DNA of 64,000 nt, taken from NCBI RefSeq assembly GCF_006345805.1, contig NC_043007.1:69688001-69752000 (forward strand), given 5' to 3'. This DNA comes from Octopus sinensis (taxonomy: Eukaryota). Of the stretch, positions 13,696 to 27,261 are shown one piece after another (within the stretch, counting starts at the first letter, position 1; each line of letters starts with the position of its first letter). The notes under the pieces are model-generated. The model searched no databases. It saw nothing but the letters and a program-made list of their open reading frames with translations, and had not been told where the DNA came from. The position numbers were made by a program, and so were the translations under genes.

Positions 13696-14270
13696 AAAGC
13701 GAGTAGCCACATCAAACTGGCAGATGAATGTTGCTACTAGTTTAACCCCAGGCAGATTCTCCACCAGCTGATCTTCAGTGAAAGCTGTGCATCCTTTATA
13801 AACAATATATTACTTGCTGGGGGAGTGAACCCCAACTATCCTCCAGCAGCTGACAGTCATAAAATCTCAAGAAGAGAGTAGTAATGTATACTAAACAGTA
13901 AAGTGAGTAGCCACACCAAAGTACTACTCTATCACTTCATGAGATTTTATAAGTAGCTATTTTGCTTGTTGCAAATCAGTGACTGATGGTCACTTTGTTT
14001 ACAATATATCGCTGACAGAAATGGATCTTAGCTATCACTCCACTGCGCAGATGTGCACGGCTGATGTGAGCCAAATAGCTCGAAACTGGCTAGTACCCAG
14101 GATCCTCTCACAGCTGCTGGATGGTAGTAGGGGTTCACTCCTCCTGCTAGCGATATATTGTATATAAAGAGTGCTGAGCTTGCACCAGAAACCAGCTGGC
14201 AAAGAATCTGCCTGGGGTTAAAATGGTAGCAACATTATACATCTGTCACTTTGATGTAGCTACTCACTTT
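13696..14270. mobile_element. Inverted-repeat element with ~157-bp arms (13696-13852 / 14111-14270), possibly Penelope-derived
   Basis: Arm aaagcgagtagccacatcaaa...ttaaccccaggcagattct...ccagcagctg is reverse-complemented at 14111-14270. The spacer holds a decayed hammerhead-like motif. Confidence 0.8.
14059..14097 (+). ncRNA. Decayed minimal type I hammerhead-like motif
   Basis: GG CUGAUGU GAGC-caaaua-GCUC GAAA CUGGCUAG U A CC. Stem II is 4 bp, stem III is the near-palindrome ACUGGCUAGU and the triplet is GUA. Position 9 is U instead of A and stem I is only 2 bp. Confidence 0.5.
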
Positions 14271-14738
14271 ACAGTTTAAATATTTCTATTTGCAAAATAA
14301 TGCATTATATCATGGTGATACTTTAGTAGATAATACTTCATTTCATGTTGCTTATGGATATATATTTTGCATGAGTGTATGTGTGTGTATTTATATATCA
14401 TATACGTACACAAACACACTATAATGGGACTGACAATAAGAAATGTTAGTAGTTTATTCCAGTAATTTAATATATTTTAATTTTCAATTAAAAAATTATT
14501 TTTAAAGCTTCTAAATTAAACATACCCAGAATTTCCAGGTTGTGAAAGAAAATAAGGGTTATAAAATTAAACCAAAATATTAATAAAAATCCAAATATTA
14601 AAAAATGTGGGTGAAATGTTATAAAATTATAATAATGTAATAGAAACAAATGAAAGTTGAGAACCAATAGATATAAAACTCCAACAAGAAATATATGCCA
14701 AGATGAAAGCTGAAGAAGTTATCTGAAATGGTTGTTAC

Positions 14739-14783
14739 CCTTTGAGATGTCTGCCAGCCAAACTACCTTGAGATGTACTACGT
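14739..14783 (-). CDS. Candidate 45-nt internal exon of unidentified minus-strand gene
   Basis: Acceptor ttatttttcctctatAG and donor GTaaca. Two frames are open (phase 1 VVHLKVVWLADISK; phase 2 RSTSQGSLAGRHLK). No homology recognised. Confidence 0.4.
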
Positions 14784-17689
14784 CTATAGAGGAAAAATAA
14801 ACATCAAAAATATATTAATAACCAAGGCAGCAGCCACAATTTGGACACAGGATTAGGATACAGTCCTATAATGAAGACTTTATGTATAGAAGCATGAATG
14901 AAAAAAGGTGAATATCTCCTGCCTAATTTTCATTTTTTTCCAATTTTACAGAATAATTTTACAAAACAGAAACCTGGTATTGTACAAAAGCAGAAATATT
15001 AAGTAAAACATACCAAAACCACACAAAAATATAAGCCTTATTGCATAGGCTCAGGAACAGGGGGTGCAAGTACATCACCTAAAATTGAGGGTGGGTGGCA
15101 ATGAAAATGCTTTGAATATCCTCTTGAAAAACTAGGTTTGCATCCCACTAAGCAAATTTTATTCTTGTATTTATGCTTTATTGTTTGTGTAAAGCAGTGG
15201 GATATACAAGTAAAAAATATAAGTATCTATGTGACACAATGCAAAATCACAAACAGTCCTGAGAAGAAAATCATAAACATAAGTCATGCACTGACTATGA
15301 AAACAGGAACATTTGCTGAAATAAAACTATATATTAATTACAATAAAATAGGTTAAATGTATGGCTACCATTTAGAGTGAAAAGTAAAATGATAAAATTA
15401 GAAATAAAAAAAGAACTGAAAAACAAAAGGCAAAGCAAAAATCTAGAGTTAAGTGTTTGACTTCTGCCAAGATTGCACAGTACTGAAAGTTTATGTCATA
15501 AGGAAAGGGGCAAGGTAAAGCAAGAGGTAACAAGGTTTTTAAATGTGTAAACCAGTTCTATTGTCATTTGTAGGGCAAGCCTCTAGTGGGTGCAAAGAAA
15601 TTTGCTTTGTAACCACATGATTCCTGACTCAATTCCATGATGTAGCACTAACTAAATGTCTTCAACCATAGCCCTCAAGCTGACCTTATAAGTGGAATTT
15701 AGTAAATGGAAAGGACACAGAAGCCCATTATATGCTCAAATGTATGGGAGGATGTATGCATATATATATAAATATATATATACTCAATAAGAGCTATAAA
15801 CATCAGAACAAAACAGAAGAACTAGTGACACTCCCATGTCATTTTTGCAGTAGTGGTAACATTGACTGATTCAGAGGAAAAGTAATCTTTTTGATGTCAC
15901 TGTTCACAAATTGCAATATTAAATATAAATAAGACCAAAGTGAATTTTAACCCCTGGTTAAAGTGAATTGCCCCTTCTAATAGTTCTAATGTCGTTTAGG
16001 CAGTAAAGCTATACAAGTTCATTAACTTCCAATAAGCTCCTAGCTTTGTGCTTAAAAAAAATGTAACTCAGGACATCAGTATTGATAAGCTGACTGGTCA
16101 ACAGGTGATATTTACAGAAGGAATGACAATCAATCAATCAATATTCATTCTTCACAGAGCAAAGATAGAACTAACATATAATCAATGATAGTGATTGATG
16201 TAATTTCACCTTTTTCCTCTTTACTTCCTAATCTTGTAAATCTCTCTCTCTCTCTCTCTCTTTTTTTTTTCCAGGAGGCTACAGATGGTACATACATTGA
16301 TTTTTGTAAGCTGCTCCTGCAGTCAGTCTTTACTGCTCATTGTTTACGTTTATTAACCGTGTGACCAAAAGACAGTTACTATAAGCGTTGTCCAAATGTG
16401 TTGCCTTTGAAGAACCAACCTCTTTAATTGATGATGCACACCAAATCAAAAGACAAGTAGATAATGTAATGAAAAAAATACTCTTAAGAGAGCGAAAAAG
16501 AGCAGCAGTAAATGAATCATTGATTCTGCAAGATTACAGTGAAATGTACATTCTAAAGCAGACTGAGATTGGTAATAATCTATGCAAATTCAAACTAACT
16601 ACAGCTGTTAATTCTGTTATCAAAACACAAATTACAAGCAGGAAAAAATATCATTATGGAGGAATTCAAATAGTTTTTTGTTTTTCTTTTTTCTGACAAA
16701 CTGTAATTTCAGAATACAGCATTGATAATTGACATATTAGATAATTTAGTTCTTTTAATACAAACAACATAAATTATAGAAAATGAATGAAAAATGGAAT
16801 AAAATTTGGAAGACTAGCTAATAATAATTGCATAATAAAGCATTAGTTATAATTGGAATGTCTGTGAGAAACATTTTTCTTACTAATTAGCTGGGATTGG
16901 AGTGACAATGCTCCAATGTCCTTTGTAGACTATCCTGCATTGTGAGTGAAACAATTATGTTCAGCTTCTATGAGCTTGTGATAAAAATGTACTAGTCCCT
17001 TCCAATTAACCAGCTGGCTACTTGTGGAGGTTATCAAGGATATGCATGTATAGCAGCATCATTGTTCTAATACTTCAATTTAGGTTTTAATCAGAATATT
17101 TTTCAGTTACAGTAAGTTGATGACCCTCTACACAATCTGTTTTTAAATAGAAAGTTTATTTAGTCTTTGGAACAGTTTTAATAGTGTTCTACAGATGAGA
17201 TCACAATGATATCTGTAATAACTTTGAGAACTTCAGTTTGGCATTATTTATGCGGAATGTAGTGCACTTATTAGTAGCAACTGTGTTTTATGCACCTAAA
17301 GACCTGTTATGTCCATCAATGGAAATTAACATTAAGAGAAGTATTAATTCTATGTCCTAGATTACTCCAGTTTCTGCCTGTCAAGGATATTTGCAGCTGT
17401 GAAGTTATAATGAATCTTAAACTTCATTTAAACTCGGTCACATTTTTATTCTATTTTTTATACTTTTTAAAGGAATCTCATTTCAATGAAATGAAAGTAA
17501 TGTAAAGTGATATAGTTGATGAGAGAGAAGTTATAGCTAAGGCCATAACAGAAAGAATTTATGGTTAAATCTCTTTAAAAGTATTTTCAGAGCATTGTTA
17601 AGAAAAATAAAGACAGTAAGGTAAAACAAATAAAAAAAATTCGTATTTTTAAGTCATAAATTAAAAATTGATTGATGACAGTACCGCCT

Positions 17690-18125
17690 GATTGGCACTC
17701 GTGCCAGTGGAACGTTAAAAGCACCATCTGAGAGTGACCATTGCCGGGGCTGCTGACTGGCACCCGTGCTGGTGGCATGTAAAAAGTGCCATTCGAGCAT
17801 GATCATTGCCAGCGTGACCTTACTGGGACATGTGCCGGTGGCATGTGGAAAACAACATTCGAGTATAGTCATTGTCAGTGCCACATAAAAAACACCTTTT
17901 GAGCGTGGTCATTGCCAGAACTGCCTGAATGGCCCTTGTGCCAGTGGCACATAAAAGCACCCACCACACTCTTGGAGTGGTTGGCGTTAGGAAAGGCATC
18001 CAGCTGTATAAACTTAGCCAGATCAGATTTGAGCCTGGTGCAGCCTTCTGGCTTGCCACTCCTCACTCAAACTGACCAACCTATGCCAGCATGGAAATGC
18101 AGACGTTAAACAACGATGATGATGT
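17690..18125 (+). mobile_element. RTE-tail SINE with internal ~60-bp tandem repeats
   Basis: Repeated units tgcc.gtggca.gtaaaa.cacc.ttcgag..tg.tcattgcca, then gagtggttggcgttaggaaaggcatccagctgt...catgg aaatgcagacgttaaac and a (gat)n tail. Confidence 0.85.
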
Positions 18126-18462
18126 ATCTTTATAAAAAGTTAAGAATTTCATTGGAATCAATGAAATCCTGGTAGCTTCAAATGCAGCAGTTAAGAGGGG
18201 CAGTAGTAAGGTTTAGATATACACAATACTACAGATATGTGTACAATGAAAAGAAGTTTTAAATAGAAAAAATAATAATCAACCCACAGCTTAGATTTAT
18301 ACAGAAATTACAAATTAGGTTCTTAATAGTAATGGTTTAAAGATGTTGAGAAGGGATTTTTTAAAAAATTTTGTCACTTTGTCTTATTTTTCAAGTACTA
18401 AAAAGACTAAAATTAGTCAACTAGAAGCAAAAAATAATTTTGGAATAATAGAAAATATGTAC

Positions 18463-18585
18463 TTGTATTGACCACTTCCCCTTTAATAAGGGACTCTGGC
18501 AGAAATGTCAGAACTCCTGGAAACCTCAGCAGTTCCCAGTCACATTCTTGTTGATCTTTAGTAGAAAATATCTTGCAGAGGATAT
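18463..18585 (-). CDS. Candidate 123-nt phase 1-1 exon of unidentified minus-strand gene
   Basis: Acceptor tttgaattttgtaatAG and donor GTacat. Open frame ILCKIFSTKDQQECDWELLRFPGVLTFLPESLIKGEVVNT, GC-richer than its flanks and phase-compatible with the neighbouring candidates. Confidence 0.4.
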
Positions 18586-21039
18586 CTATTACAAAATTCA
18601 AAGATCTAAAGTTAAACTAAAATGCAGGAAAATTTGATTTGAATGTTCTTTGATTATTTATCCAAACTTTGATAATTTCAACCCAGATAAATCAATTTTT
18701 TAAAGCTTTCCTTAACTGACAAGTTCTTATTAGTTAGTAACCAATACTTTCTCTTCAAATAATCCAGTATAAAAATGCTTGTCTATTTAAAGTCACCTAT
18801 CCAATATAGGTTAATTAAGAAACAAAAAAGTAACTTACTGAGGCATAGAAAAACTTACACATATTTTGTTAGGAATTTAAAAAAAAAAAAGCAAACATTC
18901 ATCTCAAATATTTTGACACTTTTAGACAAATAAAAAAAATATTTTATACAAATAAAAATAATAATGCTGCAAGGAAAGCATTTTAATAAGATGGATAATT
19001 TCAATATTTATATGTCCACTCAGTTAATATGAGTAATTTTGAACAGTTTGTGCAATCAACAATGAAATAAAAGAGTTAATGGATATGTAGTTGTGATATC
19101 CTAGTCCACTGTCGTGTTTTCAGGATTACAAGAGACTGAAAATATTTAACATTCTTTCACATGAAGCTAAATCACCTACAACAATGAATGTTTTAATCGT
19201 TTTAGAGAATAGAAACTGAATAAAGACACTGATATCACTTCTCAAAAGTAAAGAAATGTGAACAAAAATATAACTGGATAAATACAGTTCTTTCATTTAC
19301 ACAAGTGTAGGTTGGTTCCAGTTGAGACAATAAGAAACAACTCATTGTTTACTAAGAGAATAAAAATATACCAAGTACAATATGAAAAATATTGACTGAA
19401 GAAAAACTAAAGGCCAGAAATTTGCTATATATATATTCATCAGGTAAAGTAATTAAGTTAAAGATAATCTGTTTAAAAGCCTATCTGAGATTCAACCAAA
19501 AAGTAACAGCACAAACTCCCTCATTGCTTTCAACAGTTTGATTAATCATAGCGTAACTAATGTTTTAATAGACTTGGAAGACAAATTTATGTCGAGTTAA
19601 ATATTATCAACTCACTCATGTTATCACAGTTTTCTCCAGATAACAAATATAGAACTAATATTTAGTTTTGGCATAGTAGACATTAAATATTACTAATTTT
19701 GACGTATCTGTACCACACCCATGAAAATAAGGTATCCAGAATAATAACAATAAATTAAGAACCTTTGATAAACAATAAAACTTTGCAAATTTTGATAGGA
19801 ATGAGATTCATGGAAATTTTTAAGTAGCTAAAACTTTGAAAACTACTTAAGACTACATCATTGTCACTTTAAATTCACAATTAAAATTGCTGGAGATACG
19901 TAGCAATTTTATCAGTATTTTTTTTTTATACCAACTAAAAATAAGTTAAACAGTTATTAACCTGACTGACATGGAGGTGGGGTATGAAGATCACAACTAC
20001 ACACAGTTCATGATTGAAGTATATCTGTATGTAAGAAAATAAATTACAAAAATACAACAGAAGTTTTAAAAAAATTTCCTCTGAAATGAATTTCAAATTT
20101 GTTTCATTTGTTGAACTGAAAATTGTAAATGAACAAAATATATTAAAATGATTAGAAAAAACTTAGAAAGTATAAAAACAAACCTGGATTTTTGACTGGC
20201 CATTTTAAAAGTAAATTGGTAGAAGTAGCTGTAGAAGTTATATAAATCAGTGTTGCAAAAATGCACAAAACTTGAAGTTAGGTTTAGGAGCAACGGAAAA
20301 CAGAGGTCTGTATGTAGTGAAGTGCTAGGAGTTACTAGATACAAACTGCCTATCCCATACTTTAACAATGTCAAAGTAGCAGCAGCAGCAGCAACAACAA
20401 CACAACTCAGCTATTTATATAGTCTCAATAAGACAGAAGGTCAAGGCTGTTAACCACTTGATCAATATGTGATTCAAGCATTAATCAAAAGAAATTAACA
20501 ACCAATGCAGGAGAAGCAACAATAAAAAAAATTATACTTTTAGCAACAAGTGAATTTTATGAAATTGTAGTTGTAATAAAAGATAAAACAATTTAAAGAG
20601 AATGCTAAGAGATAAAGTAATTTAAATACAGTTGCAGATGGGTGTGCCATGTAGCGAGAAAAATATGACACACACAAATACATACACATAACACACACAA
20701 GTTTGTTCTACTATAGAGAGTACGAAGATGTGACTTTTCAAACTCCACTTTTACAGATCAAATCATTCTCATGTTCAAAGTTTAGGTAGTTTGTTGGTAC
20801 ACTCATTATAGCATCAACTTGCACTTTTTTGCTGTGGTCCATGTTTTCAGTCCGAATAATATTAGTGAACTTCACCTTTCATTCTTCTCAGGTCAATAAA
20901 ATAGAAGTATCAGTTATGTTGATATTTTCTTGGGATTGATATAGTATTTCTATAAAGAATTCTAATTTTGAATGTAATAAAAAAAAAAAGCAAGTATCAA
21001 TATCATTTTAACATTCATTTATCCACACTGGCATAGCAT

Positions 21040-21800
21040 AGGTGCGCAGAACCTATCTAAACTATGGACCTCACTTTAGAGAAATTTGATGAAAGCAATG
21101 TTGTTACCCTAAACACCAACAAAGCTTTTTCCTGTGTCTGAAATGTAAATCCATCAAAACTTCCCACATACAGGTTCTGCCCACCTCTCACCTCTTGGAT
21201 TAATAGCTTCTTCCTATTAGATCACACAATCAAGCATACATTGGTAGAACTCTTTCTGCTCTACTCTCAACCAACTCTGATGTGCCCCAGGCTTTGGTCT
21301 TGGACCCAACTTTCTTCCTTCTATGCAGCAATGGCCTATATACTATTGCACCCAATAACACCCACTTTTATGCAGATTCCTTCCTAGCCTTCACTACCAA
21401 TCATCAACCAAATGCAATCAAGACACCAAATGCCAAATCTGCATTGATTTCATAAATAAGAGATCCTGGGAGCAACCTCTAGTGGTGCCATACCAACTTT
21501 GTCTTTTAACAGCAAATATATGTAAGCACTATGCATTTCAAGAAAACATCATCACAGCACAACTTTTACTAAATGTGAGTGGCACACAGCTACAGCCCTC
21601 ATGGTCATTCTAAATATTGGGTTTAATTATTACTGAGAATCTCACCTGGTGAAAGCACATCCTTATCATAGCTTAGACTGCTTCCCAGAGACTGGTTCTC
21701 TGCAGGGCACCTCCCAACAACTGCTGTTAGTTTACTAGCCTCAAGTAAGTCCCACAATGCAGTACTGGTCCAACATCTGGTGGGGTGCTGCCACACACAC
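21040..21800 (+). mobile_element. CR1/L2-type LINE reverse-transcriptase remnant
   Basis: Decayed RT motifs LNTNKAFSCV, SKLPTYRF..L.SWINSF, SDVPQALVLDPTFFLL, HFYADS, ILGLIITENLTW, PQVSPTMQYWSNIWWGA. Confidence 0.8.
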
Positions 21801-22009
21801 ACATACCTAAACCACACCCAGAAAAGGGTCAATCAACTGATTGGCAATAAATAACTAACAGATAGGTTCCAGTCTCTGGTCTACATGCATTTTGTCTTTT
21901 CTATCACTACCATACTGACTTCTACTCCTTACAGTTGGGTGGTCTCATTTTCTGCACTCAAATACTCCTGATCCACTCATCTCTCCACTTCTGGCACTAA
22001 GTCAGTAAG

Positions 22010-22305
22010 ACAATAAGCATTCCAGTAGACTTGATCAATGGAACAGCCTGCTCAAGAAATTAATGTGTAAGTGGCTGAGCACTCTACAGACATGCATACT
22101 CTTAATGTAGTTCTCAGTGAGATTCAGTGTGACACAGAGTGTGATGAGGCTGGCCCTTTGAACACTGGTACAACTCATTTTTGCCAACTGAGTGAACTGG
22201 GGCAATGTGTCTAGCTCAAGGACACCACACACTGCCTTGGTATCAAACTCATAACCTTACAATAGGTGAGCCAAATACTCCTAACCACTAAGCCATGTAC
22301 CTTCA
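22010..22305 (-). mobile_element. tRNA-derived SINE (family B)
   Basis: Reverse complement of the copy at 46990-47285, with an A-box catggcttagtggttag on the minus strand. Confidence 0.8.
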
Positions 22306-23439
22306 CTCTCTGCCTCTAGTTATCTTTGTTGTGTATAATCCCCTTTCTCACCCCTGCAATAACTACTTTTCCCAATCCTTCCTCTCCATAACCTCATCCC
22401 ACCAGAATCTTCTCTGTTAATCTCTTTCCTGCAGATATTGGTCTGCAAAAGTTGAAACAAATCATTAATGGCATCAAGCTCACAGGTTTTGGATAGGCAC
22501 TACATTCTTCCCTTCTCTTCCTTAGTCTTCCTTTCTCTTTTATGCTGTGGGTAGTTTTCCCTGTCAGCAAATAGTAATTTTGAGCCCTCCACAAAATATT
22601 CAATTCAAATTCTATCAAAATTAAATATTGAAAATTAAATAAAATCTAACCCTTTTTAGTTTTAATTTCGGACTACAGACATGATTTTGGCAGGAAGTTT
22701 CTAGGGAAGCCATTACTTGCAAAATGTTGCTAGCGCAACATATTGCTTTGTGTTTTTCTTTTATTATAGTAACTTACAGAAGAAGAAAAATTTAAGTTTT
22801 TTAGATTATTTTTCTTTTTTGCTCTTACTGCAATAACAATGATACATTAACTTGTTTGTATATAATCCTCACTCAAACCTATTTATTTCATTTAACTCTC
22901 TTGCAATCTTCACAGTTTCTTATACTGCAAGTCAGTTCATTTTTATCTCAGAACTACATATGGAACTTAGTAGTAATCTAAATTTCCCATCCAAGAGATT
23001 AAAGTTAAAATTTGCTACATTAATTAAGCCCACTCTATCCCATATCCGGTCTATGACCCTAAAAAAACTCTAAACACTTTCCCTGCTTGTTCAACATAAA
23101 TGTTTTACTTTTAGCATTTTCAGCATTTTTTTTTTTATATCAACTGAAACTAAAGAATAAGAATTTACAAGATGAAGTCTGGTGATCTAAACTGTGAAGA
23201 TAACACAATAGAAATAATTATTGAAGAAATAAGACAATTATTCAGTGTGAAAGAAGACGTTTGTCCAACCACAATATGAATATTTATGAATTTCATAGAA
23301 TTTCTAATAAAGATGACTTTAAAATATTATGCATAATACATGCAAGAACACTGCGTGAAAGTTATTGAGTCAAAGAAAGTGGGGAACATTATTATAAAAT
23401 CATTATTTAACTTTTGTATTCTACACTGGCACCAGATGG

Positions 23440-23930
23440 ATGCCAGCACAAGTTCCAGTTTTTGTTGTGATATTATAGCTTATGTATCTCAGTAACTCAG
23501 AGAGCCATGCTAGCAGAGTGCAAAGTCCTTGTAGGGCTTCCCATGCTGGACAGGTCAAAGAATAGGGGCCCAATATGATATGGACCACTGATCATTTCTC
23601 AGGTCAAAATGGGTTTGCACAGGGACAACCCATACTACCTAGAAAAGAATGAAGTCATAGAAGCAACAAAGACAATTCAAAACCAACAAGACCTGAGACA
23701 GGTCCTTCAGGGAAACATAACATGGTGCAGCAAAATCTGAAAGGAAGCTACAAGGCCAACTCCTCTTCTGACCACCAAGAGAAACACCAAAATTACAACA
23801 TGGAACACCAAGACAACGTATAAAACAGGAAGAAAGAGCCAAAGCAGAAGATGGGGTGGAAGGAAAGGTATCAGTGGGGATGGATAGTATTAAAGAAAAT
23901 AGGACAGAATACAAAAAAGCCAAAAACCTT
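23440..23930 (+). mobile_element. Probable decayed RTE-type LINE 5' region
   Basis: gggcttcccatgctggacaggtc...gggtttgcacagggacaacc resembles RTE 5' UTRs as I recall them. No intact ORF. Confidence 0.35.
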
Positions 23931-24149
23931 ACAGAGAAATATGAAAAAAGGTTAGAGGGTTTTTATTTCATAAGTTGACAGTGTTAGTGGAGATATTAAA
24001 GATGTTTGTTTATAGGTGATAGAGATGTAAAAAGAAGGAGCAAGAGAAAAATATTGGTCATGAAAATTAAATGAATTATGGTTTTTGAAACCTAATTTAA
24101 GTTTAAAAATATAGTCTCATCAAAATTTGATTTTAAAAAAGTTTAAGAA

Positions 24150-24750
24150 GATGAAATAACATTTTCAAATCAGAATCAAAACTCTCTTCAGTCCTTACCA
24201 TAACCGTCAAAGACAATGTCATCACATTCGAAATTTCTTTGAACATGTCTTTTCCAGCAGAGCTGGCCTGGAACTAAACTGCTACTACTCACCCTCACTA
24301 TTTTCTTTTAAACTTTTCAGCTGTTTGTCTTGCTGTTCCATCATGTAATTCTAATGCTTCTATCAGAAATTTCTAAATGCTCGACATAGAAAACTATGCA
24401 ACTACCATTTTGTGTTAGAAAATGAACAAGTTCTAACTGATAAAACAAAATCAATAGATTGTGAGAGTTAGTTTAAAGTTAGTGGATCAACAACACCAAT
24501 CTTTGGAGCCATCTGTAACAATACAAATGGCAATGTTGATTCACTGAATAAGTCATCCAATTTTGCATCAAAGAAATCAATATCATTTTAAAGCTAAATT
24601 CTAGGACATTTATTTCAATGAGCCAAATAAACAATGACATTTCAATAGAATAGTTAGTCTCCCGTGTATTCTGTTTGATTAAATGCATTTCAACCATTGT
24701 CCAAATTGACCGTGCTGTTGTTCCAGCTGTCATTGATTATCAATATAAGA
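24150..24750 (-). mobile_element. Decayed hAT (Charlie/SPIN-like) transposase remnant
   Basis: Across frames: DIDFFDAKLDDLFSE, NIAICIVTDGSKDWCC (compare the CTDGA catalytic motif) and QASSAGKDMFKEISNVMTLSL (compare the HRQAL.AK..L.NV motif). Frameshifted. Confidence 0.5.
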
Positions 24751-25679
24751 ACTGTTGGAATTTTTGGACTGATTTTGTATCCAAAGAAAAGAGAATTACA
24801 ATTAAGGAAGGAAAACCAAACACATCTCACTAAAAATTAAGTACTGTAATTTGAATTCAGAAAGAACATTGATTGGAATGGAGTAAAATAACAACACATA
24901 CTCAAGCAGGCCTAAAACTGGCTATTTGTTAAAATCAAATAATGAAACAACCTTCAGCTGGAGAGTTTAAGTGTCTTTATTTGAAACCACAGGAAACTAT
25001 GAAGAATTAAAGAGTGTATGGATCTTATATTTGTTAGTAAAAAAACTGTATATAATGAAAGATGAGACTTCCAGTTATGTTGTGTATCTAATATATTTTC
25101 CACAAGCAAAACAACAAAAGAAAAACCAGCAATATTGAAAAGGTTAACTGATGAAAGTTGAGATGAAAAGCAGAATATAAGTATTTTAGTTAGATGGTGT
25201 ATAATTGCCTCCCAAACAATGTACACTTGCATGGGATATGAGGCCAGATATACCACATATAGAATCTTCAGTGTCTGAAGTCCATCAGCAAATGGTTTGG
25301 GGACAATTCCCAGAGATTATTTCAACAATTAATTGATTTCAAAATGATGACTTGGCTGGCAAGGAACTCTGAGTGTCACAAAAATACTTTACAATAAAGA
25401 GAAAGAAAGAAATATGTAAGTTGCTACCATGATAACAACCAGCTGGTCACAGCTTAAAACAAAAAAATAGAGGTTCAAAAACACAGTTATGAAAAAATGG
25501 CAAAACAGATTTATGGATGATATAACCCTTCAGCACATTTTGGACTTAGTAATATGATCACTCAGCACATTTTAGTTTTTTTAAATTATGTAGCTCCTCA
25601 GAAAGTCACTGTAGTTAAAATGTACACATTGATTAAGATGCCAGTTGGGCTAGTAAAACAAAAATTAATTTCTGCACAT

Positions 25680-26015
25680 ATCATCGTCATCATTGTTGTT
25701 TAACATTCGCTTTCCATGCTGGCATGGGTTGGACAATTTGAGTGAGGACTGGTGAGCCAGAAGGCTGCACCAGGCTCCAATCTGATTTGGCAAAATTTCT
25801 ACAGCTTGATGCCCTAACGCCAACCACTCCGAGAGTGTAGCAGGTGCTTTTACGTGCCACTGGCATGAGGACCAGTCAGGCAGTTCTGGCAACGACCATG
25901 ATCAAAAGGTGTTTTTTACATGCTACCTGCATGGGAGCCAGTCTGGCGGCATTGGCAATGACCATGCTTGAATGTTTTTCACGTGCCACCGGCATATGTG
26001 CCAGTAAGGCGACAT
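25680..26015 (-). mobile_element. RTE-tail SINE with internal tandem repeats (same family as 17690-18125), followed by (TA)n(TG)n to ~26110
   Basis: tcatcgtcatcattgttgtttaacattcgctttccatgctggcatgggttggac...gatgccctaacgccaaccactcc, plus the reverse-complemented repeat units. Confidence 0.88.
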
Positions 26016-26016
26016 G

Positions 26017-26109
<93 letters not shown>

Positions 26110-26821
26110 ATATATATTAAAAGAGGATATTAAATGATGAGAATGATGATATGGATACATATATGTAGATGGAAATATACAAATTGAAACTGGTGGTTTG
26201 TTTTGTTTTGTAATATGTAAATGTAATCATGTAAACATGCCCAACTTCAGACATGCATAAATCCTTGATAATTCAATGACATCACAAGAATCACTAGCTG
26301 CACACATTATTGCATAATGTAGTAATATTGATGAGACCAAATTTTAATGAAACAATTGTAAATTGTTGTAGTAAAAAGACTTGTTCACTCTGTTGTTCTT
26401 GTTTGTAATTGTAAAGGCTCTGCAAATATTTGTAAACTTTCAAACATGTTTGATAGAACAATCTTCAGATTACTGCCTTATCTGATAGTCTGTACCCCAT
26501 GGATTAGCTTACTAGGGTAATCTCCAAGGTTAATATTTGAATGAAATTATTACATATGTATGTATATATAAGAAATGCAGAAAATATAATTGGCATTTTA
26601 AAACTTTATATAACATACAAGTGTTTCCATAAGCTAATTGGCACTTTTGTGGAAGCTGACCGGTGTTATTATGCAAACTGATTAACTCACATGGTATTAG
26701 CTGAAAAACATAGAACATGTTTTCTGCATTCTGTTATACACTCCATTCATGCATATGATGGGCAAGGAAGGGGATATAGCAGAATAGAGAATGAGGGAAG
26801 GTAAGATGATAGGATAGTGTT

Positions 26822-27058
26822 GAGGTGGCAAGCTGGCAGAAACGTTAGCACACTGGGCAAAATGCTTAGCGGTATTTTGTCTGCCGCTATGTTCTGAGTT
26901 CGAACTCCGCTGAAGTTGACTTTGCCTTTCATCCTTTTGGGGGTCGATAAATCAAGTACCAGTTACGCACCGAGGTCAATATAATTGACTTAATCCATTT
27001 GTCTGCCCTTGCTTGTCCCCTCTGTGTGTAACCCCTTGTGGGCAGTAAAGAAATAAGT
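26822..27058 (+). mobile_element. SINE family C
   Basis: ggcaagctggcagaa.cgttagca...gttctgagttcgaactccgc...gttgactttgcctttcatccttttggggtcgataaa..aagtaccagt. Related copies at ~29272-29465, ~50425-50770 and ~52225-52410. Confidence 0.85.
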
Positions 27059-27261
27059 GTTCAGAAAGGGAAAAGAAAGAGAAGTGTGGAGGGAAATGAT
27101 GGACACACAGATACACAATAAGGCATACCCACACACACATATATTGCTCATATATATATAAAGAATATAATTATAATTAAGGGCACAGAAGCCACTGTGC
27201 TTATATGCTAGAGAAGGATGCCAAATATGTCCAACCAAAAATTCATAAAATAATTCAAGAA

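Noticed and set aside
22435-22485. Plus-strand exon-like segment IGLQKLKQIINGIKLT
   Set aside because: Its pyrimidine tract is the antisense of an RTE-like remnant (GKRLTEK, compare 63820), and the donor is weak.
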